A stretch of 64,000 nt of DNA from Trichinella spiralis (GCF_000181795.1 NW_003526946.1:361668-425667), one strand, 5' to 3'. Shown: positions 1-13,947, counted from the first letter of the stretch. The notes: a model not told the origin generated them from the sequence alone. Numbers and translations are program-made.

Positions 1-2569
1 TTTGGCTAGCTTCAACAGCCATGCTGGCGTCTTGTTGCTCAACGACTACAGGTGAGCTTTTTTAAGCCATTAATATTAGCAATTATTGACAAAAAAACAA
101 ACAGATAAACAAAATATGCTATTTTTGCATTGGCATTATTATTGATTTTGGATAATAGCATTAATAAAACATATCCTTCTGCAATTTCATTGCAAAAATT
201 AAAAAAAGCAGTGCAGTTGGTGGAAAGCACTTTTTCCAAATAAATTAATTACCTGGAAATGATAATTTATTCAATTTAAAATAACAGCATCATTTCAGAG
301 GAGTGTCCGCCTAAAGCATCTCCGCTAATTTTGACTGCTACAAAATGTCGCCATTTTCTGATTACTCCCGGTTTTGTGAATAAAAGACAGTACAGTCCGA
401 ATTTAAGTTGTCATTGGATAATTCGTGCTTCAAGACCGGAAAATAAAGTGCAACTTTTTGTACACGAATCACAAATCGAAGATCGCCTTTTTGGAGTCTG
501 TGATGATTTCATCGAAGTTCGAGACGGTAAATGAAAACCAAAAAACAAAGGAACAAACCATTCGTACAGTATTAATTATTAATTGATAAATATTTTTTAC
601 TCCTTTATCAAAAATTTTTATTGTAAAATTGCAAATGCATGAAAAACACTTACTCTTAATTATATATTTAAAAAAATAATAATAAATGTTGTAGTTCTTT
701 ATTTTTCAAATAATTAGTATGAATAAATTTTCAAATAATATTCCAATTTGTCTGTAAAAATAGATGTATGTCACAGTTTTGAAAGAAAACCAAGAAAATA
801 TCATTTTTAAAAATTAAAACTAAAAAATAATTAGCTTAAAGCACGCAACATCACTGCGTGCAAGCAAGAATTATTTATCTGCTACATTATATTCTTTTCA
901 ATCAGGAGGAAATTCATTGGCAACTCCTATTGTGAAATGGTGCGGTCAAAGCAACCCAACGTCAATAATTAGCTCAACTGATCGCTTGTATATTCACTTC
1001 AAATCTGACTCCTATTATCAAGAAGTTGGTGCGAACATGTCTTACATTGAACAGTGTAAAATGCACATTTATTGAATTACTGCATGTGCTATACAAAATT
1101 AGGCGTTACAGCTGTTACAGATTGCCCTGCAGGGTGGACATCGTTTAAAGCGCTCAACCGCTGCTATCGCATGCAAAGCTCACCTCAACAGTACAGTTGG
1201 CCAGAAGCTCAAAAGCATTGCATTTACGATCGAAGCAATTTATTAGTGCTTACAAGTCAAGATGAATACCACGCTGTTGTTAGTATGTCTGTTATGCAAT
1301 TGTGCAATTGCAATAAAATTGTCTTATTAAGAAACAATTAAGTTATTATTGTAATATAGTTTCTTACCTGTCAAATAATGTTACAATGTGCATGTTTTTA
1401 GTAATAGAAAATTGTTTTAGTAATAAACTTTGAAAGTGGGTTATTATAATAAGGCAAAAGTGATATAATTAATTAATGTTCAGGCTTATTTGCTTCTTCT
1501 GGAGAACAACCTTGGGTTGGATTGACAGATTTGAATGGGCAGAACATTGGAAAATCTATTAACAATGAGTTGACCGTCTGGCCAGAAAAGTAATCATATA
1601 TCGCACATTCATTGTATATTATGCATTTAAAGAACAAAATTTAGGTTTTCTATCGAATCAAAATTTTCACAACTGAACTGCCTTTATTTGGATTTTAATC
1701 TCACATATGGTATATATGATGTTGACCACTGTTTCTCAAGGCATGCATTCATATGTGAAAAAAAATTGGGTAAAATTTTATTTTATTGTAATTTTTATTT
1801 GTGAAATGCTTTTAATTTGTGCACAGTGGTGATTATATGTAAAAAAGCAAATTTAAAGAATGTTTTTAAAATTACAATTACAGATGAGTAAAAATTTCAA
1901 TTTAAATGCATGAATATCAATTGTGTGCTTCAATGATGAATAATTTAAGTGAATTTTCCAATTGCAGATGGCACTACCATTCCTTATCCTATACCACCGA
2001 GTCTATTTGGCCAAGTGCAGGCTACTCATCGTACTTCATCGGTGAATTCCGTTTTAACTTGGGTTGTACTTGCTTTGATAATTTTCATCATTATCATCGC
2101 AGCAATAGTTCTCTGTTATATACATTTCAAGAAATCTAGAAAAAATCGTATTAGTGATCTAGTTAATTGTGCTTCAGTGGAATCGAAAGATACGAACAAG
2201 AAAAATGCAATGACCAATTCTCTGCTCTCGGTTCCTCTGCAGACCGTCAATGCTGCGTTGCCTGAGTCCAAAGTGAACTCTGCTCGAGTTGAAAGAAAAT
2301 CCAAATGTGAAGTTGCAAAGCAAGCTGTGAAAGAATGCGAAACACAGACAATGAGCAAAGCTGAACAAAATCTGATCGTCGACTCAGATACTCAAACAGA
2401 GCAAAGTAAAACTGTCCACCCTAACATGGTCGACAACGATGTTCTGTTGACTGCGAATTTGTTAATGAATGCAAATCAAAATTTGGATGTCCAACTACCG
2501 GAAAATCAGTTCATCATACCCAAAATAAGTCCCTTGATTTTGAATGCAGAAAAGATCCCAACCACTTAG
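1..2569 (+). CDS. Single-pass membrane protein with CUB and C-type lectin domains (5'-partial)
   Basis: Exons <1-51, 299-526, 906-1055, 1121-1282, 1484-1589, 1645-1769 and 1968-2569 join in frame with GT-AG introns. CUB motifs: ITPGFV..YSPNLSCHWII, CDDFIEVRDG, KWCG, LYIHFKSD. CTLD motifs: CPAGW, CY, SWPEAQKHC, WVGL, FICEK. TM helix VLTWVVLALIIFIIIIAAIVLCYI is followed by basic residues. The 3' end is less certain. Confidence 0.85.
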
Positions 2570-4764
2570 AATTTTAGCCATTTTTTGTTTGTTACGACTG
2601 TCCGTTCTACAGTCTATCGTAACAGCTAATTGTTGCTTATAATTTGCATTTGTTAATGGAAAATGCTGCAGTGGGATTCTTGATCAGCACCTGCTCGTAG
2701 CAAAAACCGTTATGTTATTAGAGTGAGGAATGAAAAAAAAGAAGCATCTGGTTTCTACTGCTTCGAAGTCTAACTAATATTTCTTTTATGTGAAAATAAA
2801 AATGTGAAATTTGAGAACCAAGGTCAGCGACCTGAAACTAATTTGATTCTTTTGTTCGAACTGTGACACACCAGTGACAATTTTCTTTCCGCTGACAAAC
2901 AAAAATTACTCATGAAAAATTTCACATTAAAAAGTGCAGAAATCAGCAAGTTATTTTACATTGGTATTTTTTAAAAAATTAATTCAACTTTAATAAGTGA
3001 ATTAATTATATTTTATGAAATATTTCAGTACCTGAAATATCTTTATGAAACAGTGAAATTTTGAAAAATTAACTAGCCAGTCGTGAACAGCTATTAACAA
3101 TTAAATACTTCGATAACAGAAGTTTCTTTGGAATATTTTCTAATTCAAATGCAAATTTAGCTTAATTTTAATAAGTGCTATTTGCATAAAGTGCTTATTC
3201 TTTTTAAACATATGAACTTTTACAAATGCAAAATAATGAGTTATAACTTTAGTATACTACACATGTAATAAACCTTCAAAAAGTAAGACAATTGTTCTAA
3301 ATAAATTGTAAGTATTCAGTCGATATTCTTTGGTCGATATCGACATAATATAATTAAATTCTTATCTTCAATGTAATATTAAAAGTGCAATAAAACGATG
3401 AGTTTGTTCATATGCAGAATAGAATGAAACATTGAAAGTTTAATTTAAAAACATCGAAAAATAATGTTTCATTTTATTATCAATAAATTTTTTAAATGCA
3501 TTTCAGTTGAAATAAATTCAACGCAGAAAATGTCGAGAATGTATCCTTTGATGGGTTAGTACAGTGTGTCATTTATTACATTAATACAAAAGAAATGGAA
3601 GTTTACAGAATGAAAATACTTAATTAAAGTTACAGTAACAAATTCAAAACTTAAAAAATCAACAAACCAAAAATTTGATAATAAAAAATAGCATTTAATA
3701 AACTGTATAATTTTTTATATTAAGTTCCTTTTATTTTGAATTAAATTTATTTAAATTTTTATTTTAATTTTTTCTACAATTAAACAAGCACAAGTCAGGC
3801 AAGGCACAGTATAGCATGATGTATGCAAATTTTTCAAATAATAATAAATTTTGCTACTAAACGAATAAGCACCTGCGAATCATATGAAAGCAAGCGCAAA
3901 AAATTCTTTACTAGAATAATGAAAAATATCAGTTAAAAAATTCATGCTTATTATAATGTTTTTATTGTGAAAGAAAGAGCCAACAACACCACGTAGAATG
4001 AATTAATACTCAGTGTAATTATTGCATCATCGAAGAATGAATTGGATGGAAAAAATATAGATATTTTTTAATTAGCATATCATTTGCTCTATAAAACTAC
4101 TGCACTTAATTAGCAATCAAAATATCACCTCATCTTCTTTAGAAAATTATATTTCAAGGGGACGGCTTCTTATGTACTAGAAAAAAATAACTTTTTCACT
4201 GTTATTCTTTTTTACAGAAAAAGGATATCTGAGGCGCAAATTCTTTGATTACAGAAAAGCATGCTCAGCGAGCGGTCAGGTCAGAAAAAACTACGCAGTT
4301 TACTTGATGGTTAGTTGATGGAAAGGGGTTAGTACTCGTGTCTTTATTCTCAATGCACAATCACTCTACTGCAAAATGGCCATCGAAATTAGCCTAAAAA
4401 ACTATACCACCAGTAAAGCGTGACAGAACACTTGGCGCCGATGGCAATCATCTCATGAATCAAGCCCTTGTATGCCCTGATGGTTACCAACCGATAATTG
4501 CTTTCATTGAGAACAAAAATCAAAGTCTCAGCTTTGTTTGGGGCAATTAGCAGACTAAAAGTAAGATCGTCTTTTCACCGGCTATAAGTCATCGAATATA
4601 AAGGTCAGAATTTGATACGTCTCTGTAGCTTGTTCGGCTATAAAGATACGCTTACAGCGTCTGCAATGTCTGTGCTATGAGTCAAGTTGAATAGAAGGCT
4701 TAGCAGTATAGGTAACACCTGGGAATATCTTATCTTGATAAATGTCTGTACATGTGCAGCTAGT

Positions 4765-6037
4765 ATGGCCAGAGAACAACAGCAACATGTGATGATTCGA
4801 CAAAACCACCTTGCCTACACAGACGAACAGCTAATGTGCATTTGTGAAACGCTATGCCAAGCTAAGGATTACCCATCTATATGCCGCTTGTTTGATTACC
4901 TTTATCCGAATGAATATTTGCATTCAACGCATCCCTCATTGATGCGAGCAAGATTACTTTATTTGCTGATGAAATGTCGTTTTAAAGAAATTTATGATTT
5001 ATTGTCCAGTAGCGTATTTGATTCACGATATCACGAAGAACTGCAAGAAATCTGGTGGCAGGCACATTACGCAGAATTGGAGCAGGCTCGCTGCAAACCA
5101 CTTGGTGCAGTGGAAAAGTATCGTTTACGGAAAAAGCATCCGCCCCCTTCTACAATTTGGGACGGGCAAGAAACTGTATATAGCTTTAAAGAAAACTCAC
5201 GAAAGGTAAATATGTTTTTCTACGTTCAATAGTAATAATAATAATAATAATAGCAATAATAATGTCATTATTGTTTACAGTAATCAATAATAATGATGTT
5301 ATTATTATTATCATTGCTGTTTACTACATATACTATTATTGTTCATCTGTATTCAAGAAAATTTTTTATCCTCAAATGACTTGGATATAGATGTTTGTTT
5401 TATATTTTTGGAAGCTGCTAAGCATTTGGCTGTTTTGAAACTTCCGTTAAAGCAGCTGAAATTAGTTTTGATGATATAACTGTTATCTCAAAAATTGATA
5501 GTTTTTTGTGCATCATTGCATCAGTGCTTTGCTGCAATGTCGGTCAGAGTTGGTCAACTCAGATAGCCTAACTAAAATGATTGATAGAAGTGATTTATTG
5601 ATTATAAGATGTTAGCTCATTAGTTAAGATAAATTCTATTCTCTAGGTCGCAAGGCGTAGCAAAGATTGAAAAATACAAAGATAATTTCAGCGTTTCACA
5701 AACCTAACTCGGCTAATTAACTTAAATAAAAGTTGTTTATCTGTTAATATCTTAAAGTTAAAATATATGCATATGAACTTATGTATTCATTATTTTTATT
5801 CATGCAGAATAAGTTTTACTTTGGAAATGGATTGATTTGAATTTCAACTGTTTATTTGTGCTTTAGCAGCTGAAGGAATTTTACAAAGAGAATAAATACC
5901 CTTCGGCAGAAGAGAAACGAGTAATTGCTGAAAAATCCGGTCTCAATTTCCTGCAGGTTAGCAATTGGTTCAAAAATCGTCGACAAAGAGAAAAATTTTC
6001 TCATATGTCTGATATCAGTCATCCTAGTGGTCATTAG
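4765..6037 (+). CDS. SIX4: SIX-class homeobox protein, SIX4/5 (unc-39-like) subfamily
   Basis: Exon 1 (4765-5205) encodes the SIX domain ([42 protein letters not shown]) followed by ETVY, the SIX4/5 diagnostic tetrapeptide. Exon 2 (5867-6037) completes the homeodomain: [41 protein letters not shown] (K50). Confidence 0.92.
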
Positions 6038-6424
6038 TCAACTTCGTGTATTCATTATTGTAAGTGGAAGGTGCCATTTGCGTGTATTGTACAGTTGTGC
6101 ATTCATGTACAGCAATTTCTTCAGAAAATAAATGTCATTCGATTAAAAATTTATGAATAAAATTGAGTGCTTTTAAATATTGCATGCTTAAATCTAAACT
6201 GTCTACTTTGTGTTGATTGAATTCATTTATTATAAAATATAGTCAATATATTTTATCCTTTTATAATTCAGCTGCTGATTAATAGCTTGATTATATTAAA
6301 AGGCATGTAGATGAAATTGCAATGTTTTTTAATGAGAATAACGCATAATATCAGTTGTAATTTGAAATTTCTTTTTGAATATGCATTATAATGATAATTT
6401 ATGTTTTTCTCTAAGAGTAAATGA

Positions 6425-7379
6425 TCATTTAATTTCTGCTTTTGCACTGGAAGCATCCATTTCTGAGTTTGCATTCAATTGTTTTTCTACAGCAATGATA
6501 AATCGGCAGTATTTAAAGCATGACATTATTACACATGTAGACCAAAGATGTGATAAAGCTAAAAAAGCACAATAAAACTGTAGAATGATGTTAATTTTTG
6601 TATACAGTTTGTCATGCACTATAGTTACCCAATTGATTGCACCTATACAAAGCAACATTTCAACTAATATCATGCAATGGAAAAGTAAGTTTGTTAAAAT
6701 GATCTGTTTGTTGAGACGATGAGAGGCTTTGATCATCGTAGCGCTCGTGAAGAACACCAAAATACAGTGACAGATTATGATAATTAGCGCTAAATTGCTT
6801 TGAAATACTTTGCAAATTTTTGTTCCATTATCGCAGTTTCTGAAACTTTTCAACAATGATGCAGCTATTATTGCGTAAAATAGTTCGAGAACAGCAATTG
6901 CACGAACGGCTGGACGAATTTGACAAGATTTCAAACATACCAACGGTTCCAAAGATTGAATGATTGAATTGCCGTCTAGATTGGGGCTGAAGGTAAAAAT
7001 TCATATATAAATTAAAATATATAATTTGTTTGTAATAATTATTAATGAAATTACAATTATAGAATCTATAAAGCTATATTTCTTAAAAACTTATGCATGT
7101 GAATGAATATTTTACTGATTTAATGTTATTGCATTGCAATAAAAACTATATAATTAGGACCAGGTAAATTTTCTATATAAGTTTTATAGAATTTTACTAA
7201 ATTAATTAGAAAAAAGCAGAAATTTATGAAATCTTTAGTAATATTTCAAGTCAAATTTTGTTCATGTTTCATTTATTTATTGCTTTTGAAAATAAAATTA
7301 TTTTCACTACTTACTTCAAATCTTCAGTAAAAATTTTACTGTTAGAATGTGCTGGGGGTTGTTTTGCTGACAGAGACAT
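6425..7379 (-). CDS. Small multi-pass (~4 TM) membrane protein of unknown function
   Basis: Exon 1 (7315-7379, MSLSAKQPPAHSN..., donor GTAAGT) splices in frame to exon 2 (6425-6986). Four hydrophobic segments. Confidence 0.65.
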
Positions 7380-8009
7380 GAAAAATGATGCAAAACTAGT
7401 GTAAAATTGAATAATTAAAATGAACATATATTATCTCAGTTTGAAATGCAATTATTGCACAGTGTGACATTATTCTTTACATTTCAGACAATGCAGCATT
7501 CATTCATTACAATTCATGCATCAATTAATTGGATTTATTTTTTTTCAAATTCCAATTGTTAAATTTAATTATTATTCATTTGCATATTTAGGATAAACAA
7601 ATTCTGACAATATTTAGTTTCTGCTTAACATAATCCTTTTTTATAAATTTTTAAAACATTTAACAAATAAACTTCAATACGAGTGAACATATGTTTAGTG
7701 TAATGGCAATGGAATGTTGAATATTAGAAAAAAATTATTGAATTTTATTTATTTCAGCATGTGAGATTTTACCTTTTTATAATATTACGGCTCTCATACT
7801 TGAAAAACGTTCCATTATGAAAAATTATTTTTCGTTTATTTAGATATTAGCTGAGATGTATAGATAAAATAAATTATGAAATAAATTTAATTTTGAAAAC
7901 GATAAAAAATGATAAGTTTATAACAATCAAACAATATAACCAGTCGCATATAAAGTTTCAAATTCAAGCAAGCTAATAAACAAGCAATGAATAACAATAA
8001 CTGTTAACA

Positions 8010-9043
8010 TTATTTGTCGTTGTTTTCACTGTTTTCTTCATGCGCTGTGCTGCATTCTTCCCCTGGAAGTATTTCATCGCCGGGTTTGATCAATAACTTA
8101 TCAACAATAACTGCTTTTTCGGTAATTGCTGGCCATTTAAAATCACTAACTCTAAGCCAATTTCCTGAAATTGTCAAGTAAATTATAAATAAAATATTAA
8201 CTGAATTGAATGATGAACGAAATATTAAAAATGAAGCTATGATACACGGTTAAATTAATCACTTGTGAGATATTTAAAACTAAGCTTAATTCAAAAAAAA
8301 ACAGAATTACCCATGAAACTGTAACCACGTATCTCTTTGTCTCGTACTGGTCGACCTTCCTTAGTAAGCTGATATTTGGTCAATACAATTGCAATGGGAA
8401 AGTTCTTCAGTGTGTATTTTTTGCTTTGACCACCACGACTAAGCATGACGAACATTTCTCTGGCGAGAAATCTTTCGTGAATTATGTAAATTGAACTTGG
8501 AGGTTTGCCATCGTTCATCAATGCTAGGGTTTTCATGTTGAAACAAATTTCTTCTGGCAAAAAGTGCAGAATCAATTGCCGCATAGTATTGTTGATTTTC
8601 ACTTCCATTTCTGCATGATGAACATTAAAAAAAAATTTAATTCAATAAAACCACTTACCAACGTTGCCTCCAAAAGGCGCATTAAAAGTGTAATGATATT
8701 TCGGATTGATTGTCGCTTCTATACAATGCAAGCAGTTTTTGCTTTTCTTCAAGCACAGCGGAATCATCTCTTTAGCCAATGTTTCGAAACTTCCCACCGG
8801 CTTCCAACGAACATCCTCCACAAAAAGGAAACGTCTCGCCAACGAAGTTGCTTTTTTTAAAACGCAACTTCCCATCGTATAATAATCGACATCGCTCAAA
8901 AAAGGCAACGGCATGGCCATGTTGTCCAAAAGTTGGTGCTGAATCACCAACTTCAACACTGGCCACGCCTGTTGTAAATCCACTTGGGCAACATGATCAA
9001 ACCAATGAAGGATGCATTTTATTTTCATCGCATGTTTAGCCAT
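8010..9043 (-). CDS. Hypothetical protein, 3 coding exons
   Basis: ORF segments ~8658-9043, ~8311-8610 and 8010-8164 are linked by GT-AG introns and end ...SDFKWPAITEKAVIV...ENNDK*. No family confidently recognised. Confidence 0.6.
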
Positions 9044-10619
9044 TTTTTACAATTGCAATCGTTCTGCTTTCAACGGATCTGTCGTGTCGCTTTTACAACC
9101 CCAAACATAACAATATTTAAATTTTAAACCTTTATTTGTTTAAAATCCAGTAGTTTTAATGCATATGACTGCAATTTATTGTTTAAAGTAAGACATTTTT
9201 TCTGCTTAATTTGGATTATATTCAATTCAATTCAATTTGTTATTCAAACGTACGTTTTCTAATTCCATTTGCACTAGCTTGAAATTATGTATTCATTAAA
9301 ATTCGTTTCAAAAATTTCTTGCACAAGTATTAATTTGCCTTCTAAATACATATTCTTTTTCAAAATGTAGATATTAAACTGAAAATTTTCCAGAATATAA
9401 AGAATAATTAGAGAAAACATTTTTTAATCTAATCTTCATCTAATTTTATTTAAATTACGCTAAAATTTTATTTCTAATTACGATATTTTTATAATTTCAA
9501 AAAAATATAAAAACATTAAAATATTTAATTCTTACAAGAAAATGTCATACTTGACAAATTATGAACTTGGGAAATGGCAGCCTTATAGATGTGAGGACAT
9601 AAATCAATTAATGTATTAAATCTCTCAACAGAATTTCATTGCAGTACCTTATTTTAAAAATAAATTAATCACGAAATTTATTATATAATTAAATTGGTTT
9701 GAAATATTCTTTTCATTTTTACTTATGATCTGATAATTTTCAAAGTGTGTGTAAACAACAACGGTATTTTGAATGTTCCCAATCAATTTACTTGATTTGT
9801 ATCAACTAATCAAGAGCTAATAGATAGCAAGCACGCATACACACATTTATTTGACAATTCACACACACTTAACTATAGTTGTAATAGCAACGATGAAATT
9901 TTATCCAGTTATAGCACAAACTATCCAAGAATTCCTTGCATAATTTTATTTCTCACATATACATACATAGGTGACATCTCAACATCACATGCCAACGTTC
10001 AGTGCATCAAGAAAACAATCCACATTATAGTATTTCTTTCACCTGAGCAGTTATTTCAGTATCTACTTTGGCTGTTAATGTAACTGGATACTCAACCAAT
10101 TGCAGGCAGAAGGTAGCTGGCAGCTGCTGACCTTTGCTTTCGAGCTTGCTTCGACAGACTCCGAAGTTCGATAAAACAATCATATCGAATAAAAAAAATG
10201 TATGCAAAGAAAAACAATATAACAGATGATAAGAATATCATATTGTGTATTACGGGTGAGCGGTATTCAGATGTATTTGTCTCACAGTGAAAAGCTAAAA
10301 ATGAAGCACAAAAAGATACAAACAGTGTGGAACAGATCATTACATGCGTGGGTATAATTGATAATCTGGATTGTGGTATTAAAGAGAAAAAACTGCAATA
10401 GTCAAGACTGAATAACTGAGAAAAGAAGCGCAATCAGCGAAAAACTCTAATATGCTATATGCAAATCTTATAAGGAAATTAAACTGAACTTACAAAAATG
10501 AACAAACATTATGAAACACATGTGAATTTCACTGGTATTTTTCAAAAGATTGAAGATGGAAAGCATTTTGCATATTTAATTAACAGAGCAACATTTTCAA
10601 TTATAAAAATGTTCATAAG

Positions 10620-11698
10620 TCACACTTGCGATGATTCGGCTTTTTCATTGTTGACTATTTGTTGAAATATAGAAATGTAATCTTCCTTCGTGCAGTTTTT
10701 GTCGCCAATCAAAGCAGCACTGTTCAACTGATATTTCTCGGCAAGACATTCAATAGCCTGAAAAGATTAGAAGAAAATATTTTACTGTTTGAATTTATTA
10801 TTGAAATGAAATTCCAATCACGATCGACCTTAGAATAGGAACCGGCTCGTAAATACGCTGACCATGCCAAAATGTTGTCATAATTTTTGAGCATATCGCC
10901 CAATTGTTCAGAGCAACATAACTAAAAATAATGAAAATTATTTAAAATCAAAAATTCTCATCATAATTTTATTGCTTTGTCGTCTTTCATCAAATTTCGG
11001 ATGAAATTTTTCCTTTCTCTCTGCAAAAGAAGTTTACACAATTTAAAACTTTCCATATTGTTCAATGGTCCATTTTCAAGTCTGCGCTTAAAGTACAAAA
11101 ACACAGGATTCGGTTCTTTTTTTCCCAATTTAACACTGTGCAAATATTCGATTATTCTTGCAGAGGCTAAAGTATCCTTCAAAGGCATTTCATTTTCAGT
11201 ATTCATATTTTTCATTTAAGCGAACAATTTATCTATAATCACATGCTTCTTCTTACCATGTGAATAATGGCAGCCAACTCTGCAGCCCTGTAGTATTCTC
11301 CATTGTTGCACAGGTCCCAAAATTCCCACGCAAACAGACCTTCTGCACCTGGTAAGTTGCACCGACGAGCGAATTTCATTACAGCACTTTTATTTTTCAG
11401 GGAAATATTAAGACACGAAATGATTTCTTCTTCATCTATCACCGCAGTTACAATCTTCAAAAATATAAACGATAATATGCATCAAAAAGAAAAATTAAGC
11501 TTCCTTTCAATATTTACACAGCCCATCTCGTTGACGCATACTATTCCAGAGTCCTTATACGCTGTTAATAATATAACTGGAAAACTGGTAAACATACCCT
11601 CATACAAACAAATTGAGTCATTCACATCAAAGACATGAAGGTAACCATGAGATGTTATAACAAATAAAATACCATATTTATCGTTTGCCTGAAATATT

Positions 11699-11751
<53 letters not shown>

Positions 11752-13499
11752 GCAAAAAGCATTCCAAAATCAAATAAAAACCTCAAATAGCTTCATATAA
11801 AGTAATGAAAAAAATTTCAAAAGACAAATTTTCAAAAGCTTTTCTTTAAAATACAGTACTAACTTGCATTGCGACTGGAAAGTCATCGCGACGTTTTTCT
11901 GAAAAACTAAATGAAATTGCCTTTTTCACAAATGAACAACCATGCTTGGACAAATTTTCAATGTGAATCATCCAACCCTAAAAATTTAAATTACATACAC
12001 AGTCTGTTCAATGCAATGTTTCGAAACATTTACATAAAACGAATCGCGAACGACAAAGCAAAGTAATGTGCATGGTTTTGCATTTGCATTGGGTTTAAAA
12101 TGCAAAAAACATGCCGTCACTGCGGAATATACTTCAGTTTTTTGCTGATGAACATTGTACAGTAGCATCATACTGCTCAACTTCTTGATCTGCAATCATA
12201 TATTCAAACAACTGTTGAAATGATGAACAATACAAAATATTTATCGCTTTTTCAAATTCATTTTTTTGAAAAGCAAATAAAAAATAAACTTGCACTTTTA
12301 ATACGAGGTGAAATAATCAGAAACCATTCGCATCTGTTATCTATCAGAATGTCAGAAATGTTGCAGTTTGAAAAGCTATTCTTCAATTGAAAAATGTGTT
12401 TCACCTCATAATTCTCTAAAATAAGAAAAACAAAACATGAAAAGCCAAAAAACAACCAATTCATCACCTATGTTCCATGAAATAAGCATTCGTTGATAAG
12501 TTAGTATCAAAATATTGTTGATATCAATCCATTTATAAAAAATAACCGGATGATTTGCAATATCAAAATATCGCTTCGGGGTTTCTGTTTGGAGATCCCA
12601 AACTTCCAAATTCGCATCACCTATAAGTAATATTCACATATTACTAGAAATGTTCTATTTTGACGATATATACAACAAACCTAAGATAGCGATTAATTGT
12701 AATGAAGGATTCATAACTGCAAATTCGCACGAAATTAAATTCTTCAAAGGGCATAGTTCAGCATATTTCTCTCCACATACAACAAATACATGCGTAAACC
12801 TATCAGTTTGCTCTCGAAAACACACGTATTTATCCGACTGCAAAGATACTGTTGAACAGTCAATTTTTGAAGCATCAATTCCCAAACTTTTAGGCTATTA
12901 AAATAAAAACAAAGAAACAAAAATAAAAAGTAAATAAGAATAAAAGCAAAAAATAATATTTACATGTTTAATCTGAGCTGAGATGCAAAACAAAAAAAAC
13001 ACCATTAATATAAAATAAAACCAAATCAGAAAATTAACAACTGTTAACTGCTTAATAATTCATTATGATTCATTCATACGGACTGAACTGAATGTCTAAA
13101 TACAGAAAATAAATAGCCTGCAAATTTATTAACTAATTACGATAAAAACATAAGACTGAAATATAAACTTAATCAATATTGTTAACGTTCAATATTTTTA
13201 AATAATAAAATTTAAATCAAAAAAAAATTTCCAAATAGCAAAACAAAGTAAATTTTAAATTCACTAAAATTCACCATACTTAATTTATACAGTTCAGCAA
13301 ACAAAGTATACACATAAAAAAACGCTCTATCTTAATTCTTAAAACTATTTAAACATATAAAATACTTCAGAAATTACTTCATTTATCATATTCGCGATTA
13401 GTTATCAATATTGTCATTATCAAATTGCGGTGATTTAAAAAAAACTATAATTACCTTCCCAAAAAGTCGAATTTTGATAGGCTCAGGTATTGGTTTCAT
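10620..13499 (-). CDS. Truncated, divergent clathrin heavy chain paralog (terminal beta-propeller, linker and start of ankle; ~534 aa)
   Basis: Eleven exons: 13455-13499, 12681-12894, 12468-12620, 12294-12415, 12034-12189, 11864-11977, 11518-11688, 11257-11454, 10976-11176, 10829-10921 and 10620-10757 (1605 nt, in frame). Collinear with clathrin heavy chain: LGIDASKIDCSTVSLQSDKYVCFRE, AVMNP, TLLCFVVR, DDFPVAMQ, VITSHGYLHVFD, RCNLPGAEGLF, LNNMESFKLC, LCCSEQLGDM. Confidence 0.85.
11703..11748. repeat. (TA)n microsatellite in an intron of the clathrin-like gene
   Basis: Perfect TA run visible in the sequence. Confidence 0.95.
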
Positions 13500-13578
13500 T
13501 GGTCAATCTTAAACAAAAAGACAGAAAACAACTCACATAATTTGATGAAAACTAACAAATCTCCCTCTTATATCTAAA

Positions 13579-13947
13579 TATTAATAACAAAACGCGATCG
13601 CCTGAGCGTTGGTGGACTGTATTATTATTCAAGCGGGAGGTCAACCTGATTTGATTATCCAACAACGTTAATTAATGACGTTCGTTTCCGAATGTGATGA
13701 GAGAACAAAGCAGTAACGGGTAGACTTTATTGAAGATTCGACAACAGGCAACAGTGTCAACAATACCAGAGAACTTTACGAGGGTCAGATTACCAAAATA
13801 ACTCCGAAACCAAACTACCACAATTTACAATAACAGGATGATACACACATGCACGCTATACAAACTCTTATTACGTCATCTACCGTAAGCCACTATACGC
13901 AGGTACTGATTCGCAGGAGTCGGTGAGCAACCAAAGAATTTCCAACA
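13579..13947 (-). mobile_element. Probable solo LTR (~370 bp)
   Basis: GC-richer block with termini TATT (decayed TGTT) and AACA. Flanked by the 5-bp direct repeat CTAAA (13574-13578 and 13948-13952). Minus-strand AATAAA at 13726-13731. Confidence 0.55.

Noticed and set aside
4597..4650. TATA-like boxes and a TGATAC (SIX-site-like) motif upstream of the SIX gene
   Set aside because: Short motifs expected by chance; autoregulation cannot be supported.
10025..10433. Minus-strand ORFs downstream of the clathrin-like stop, considered as possible further CHC exons
   Set aside because: No resemblance to clathrin repeats; cannot be fully excluded as an unrelated exon.
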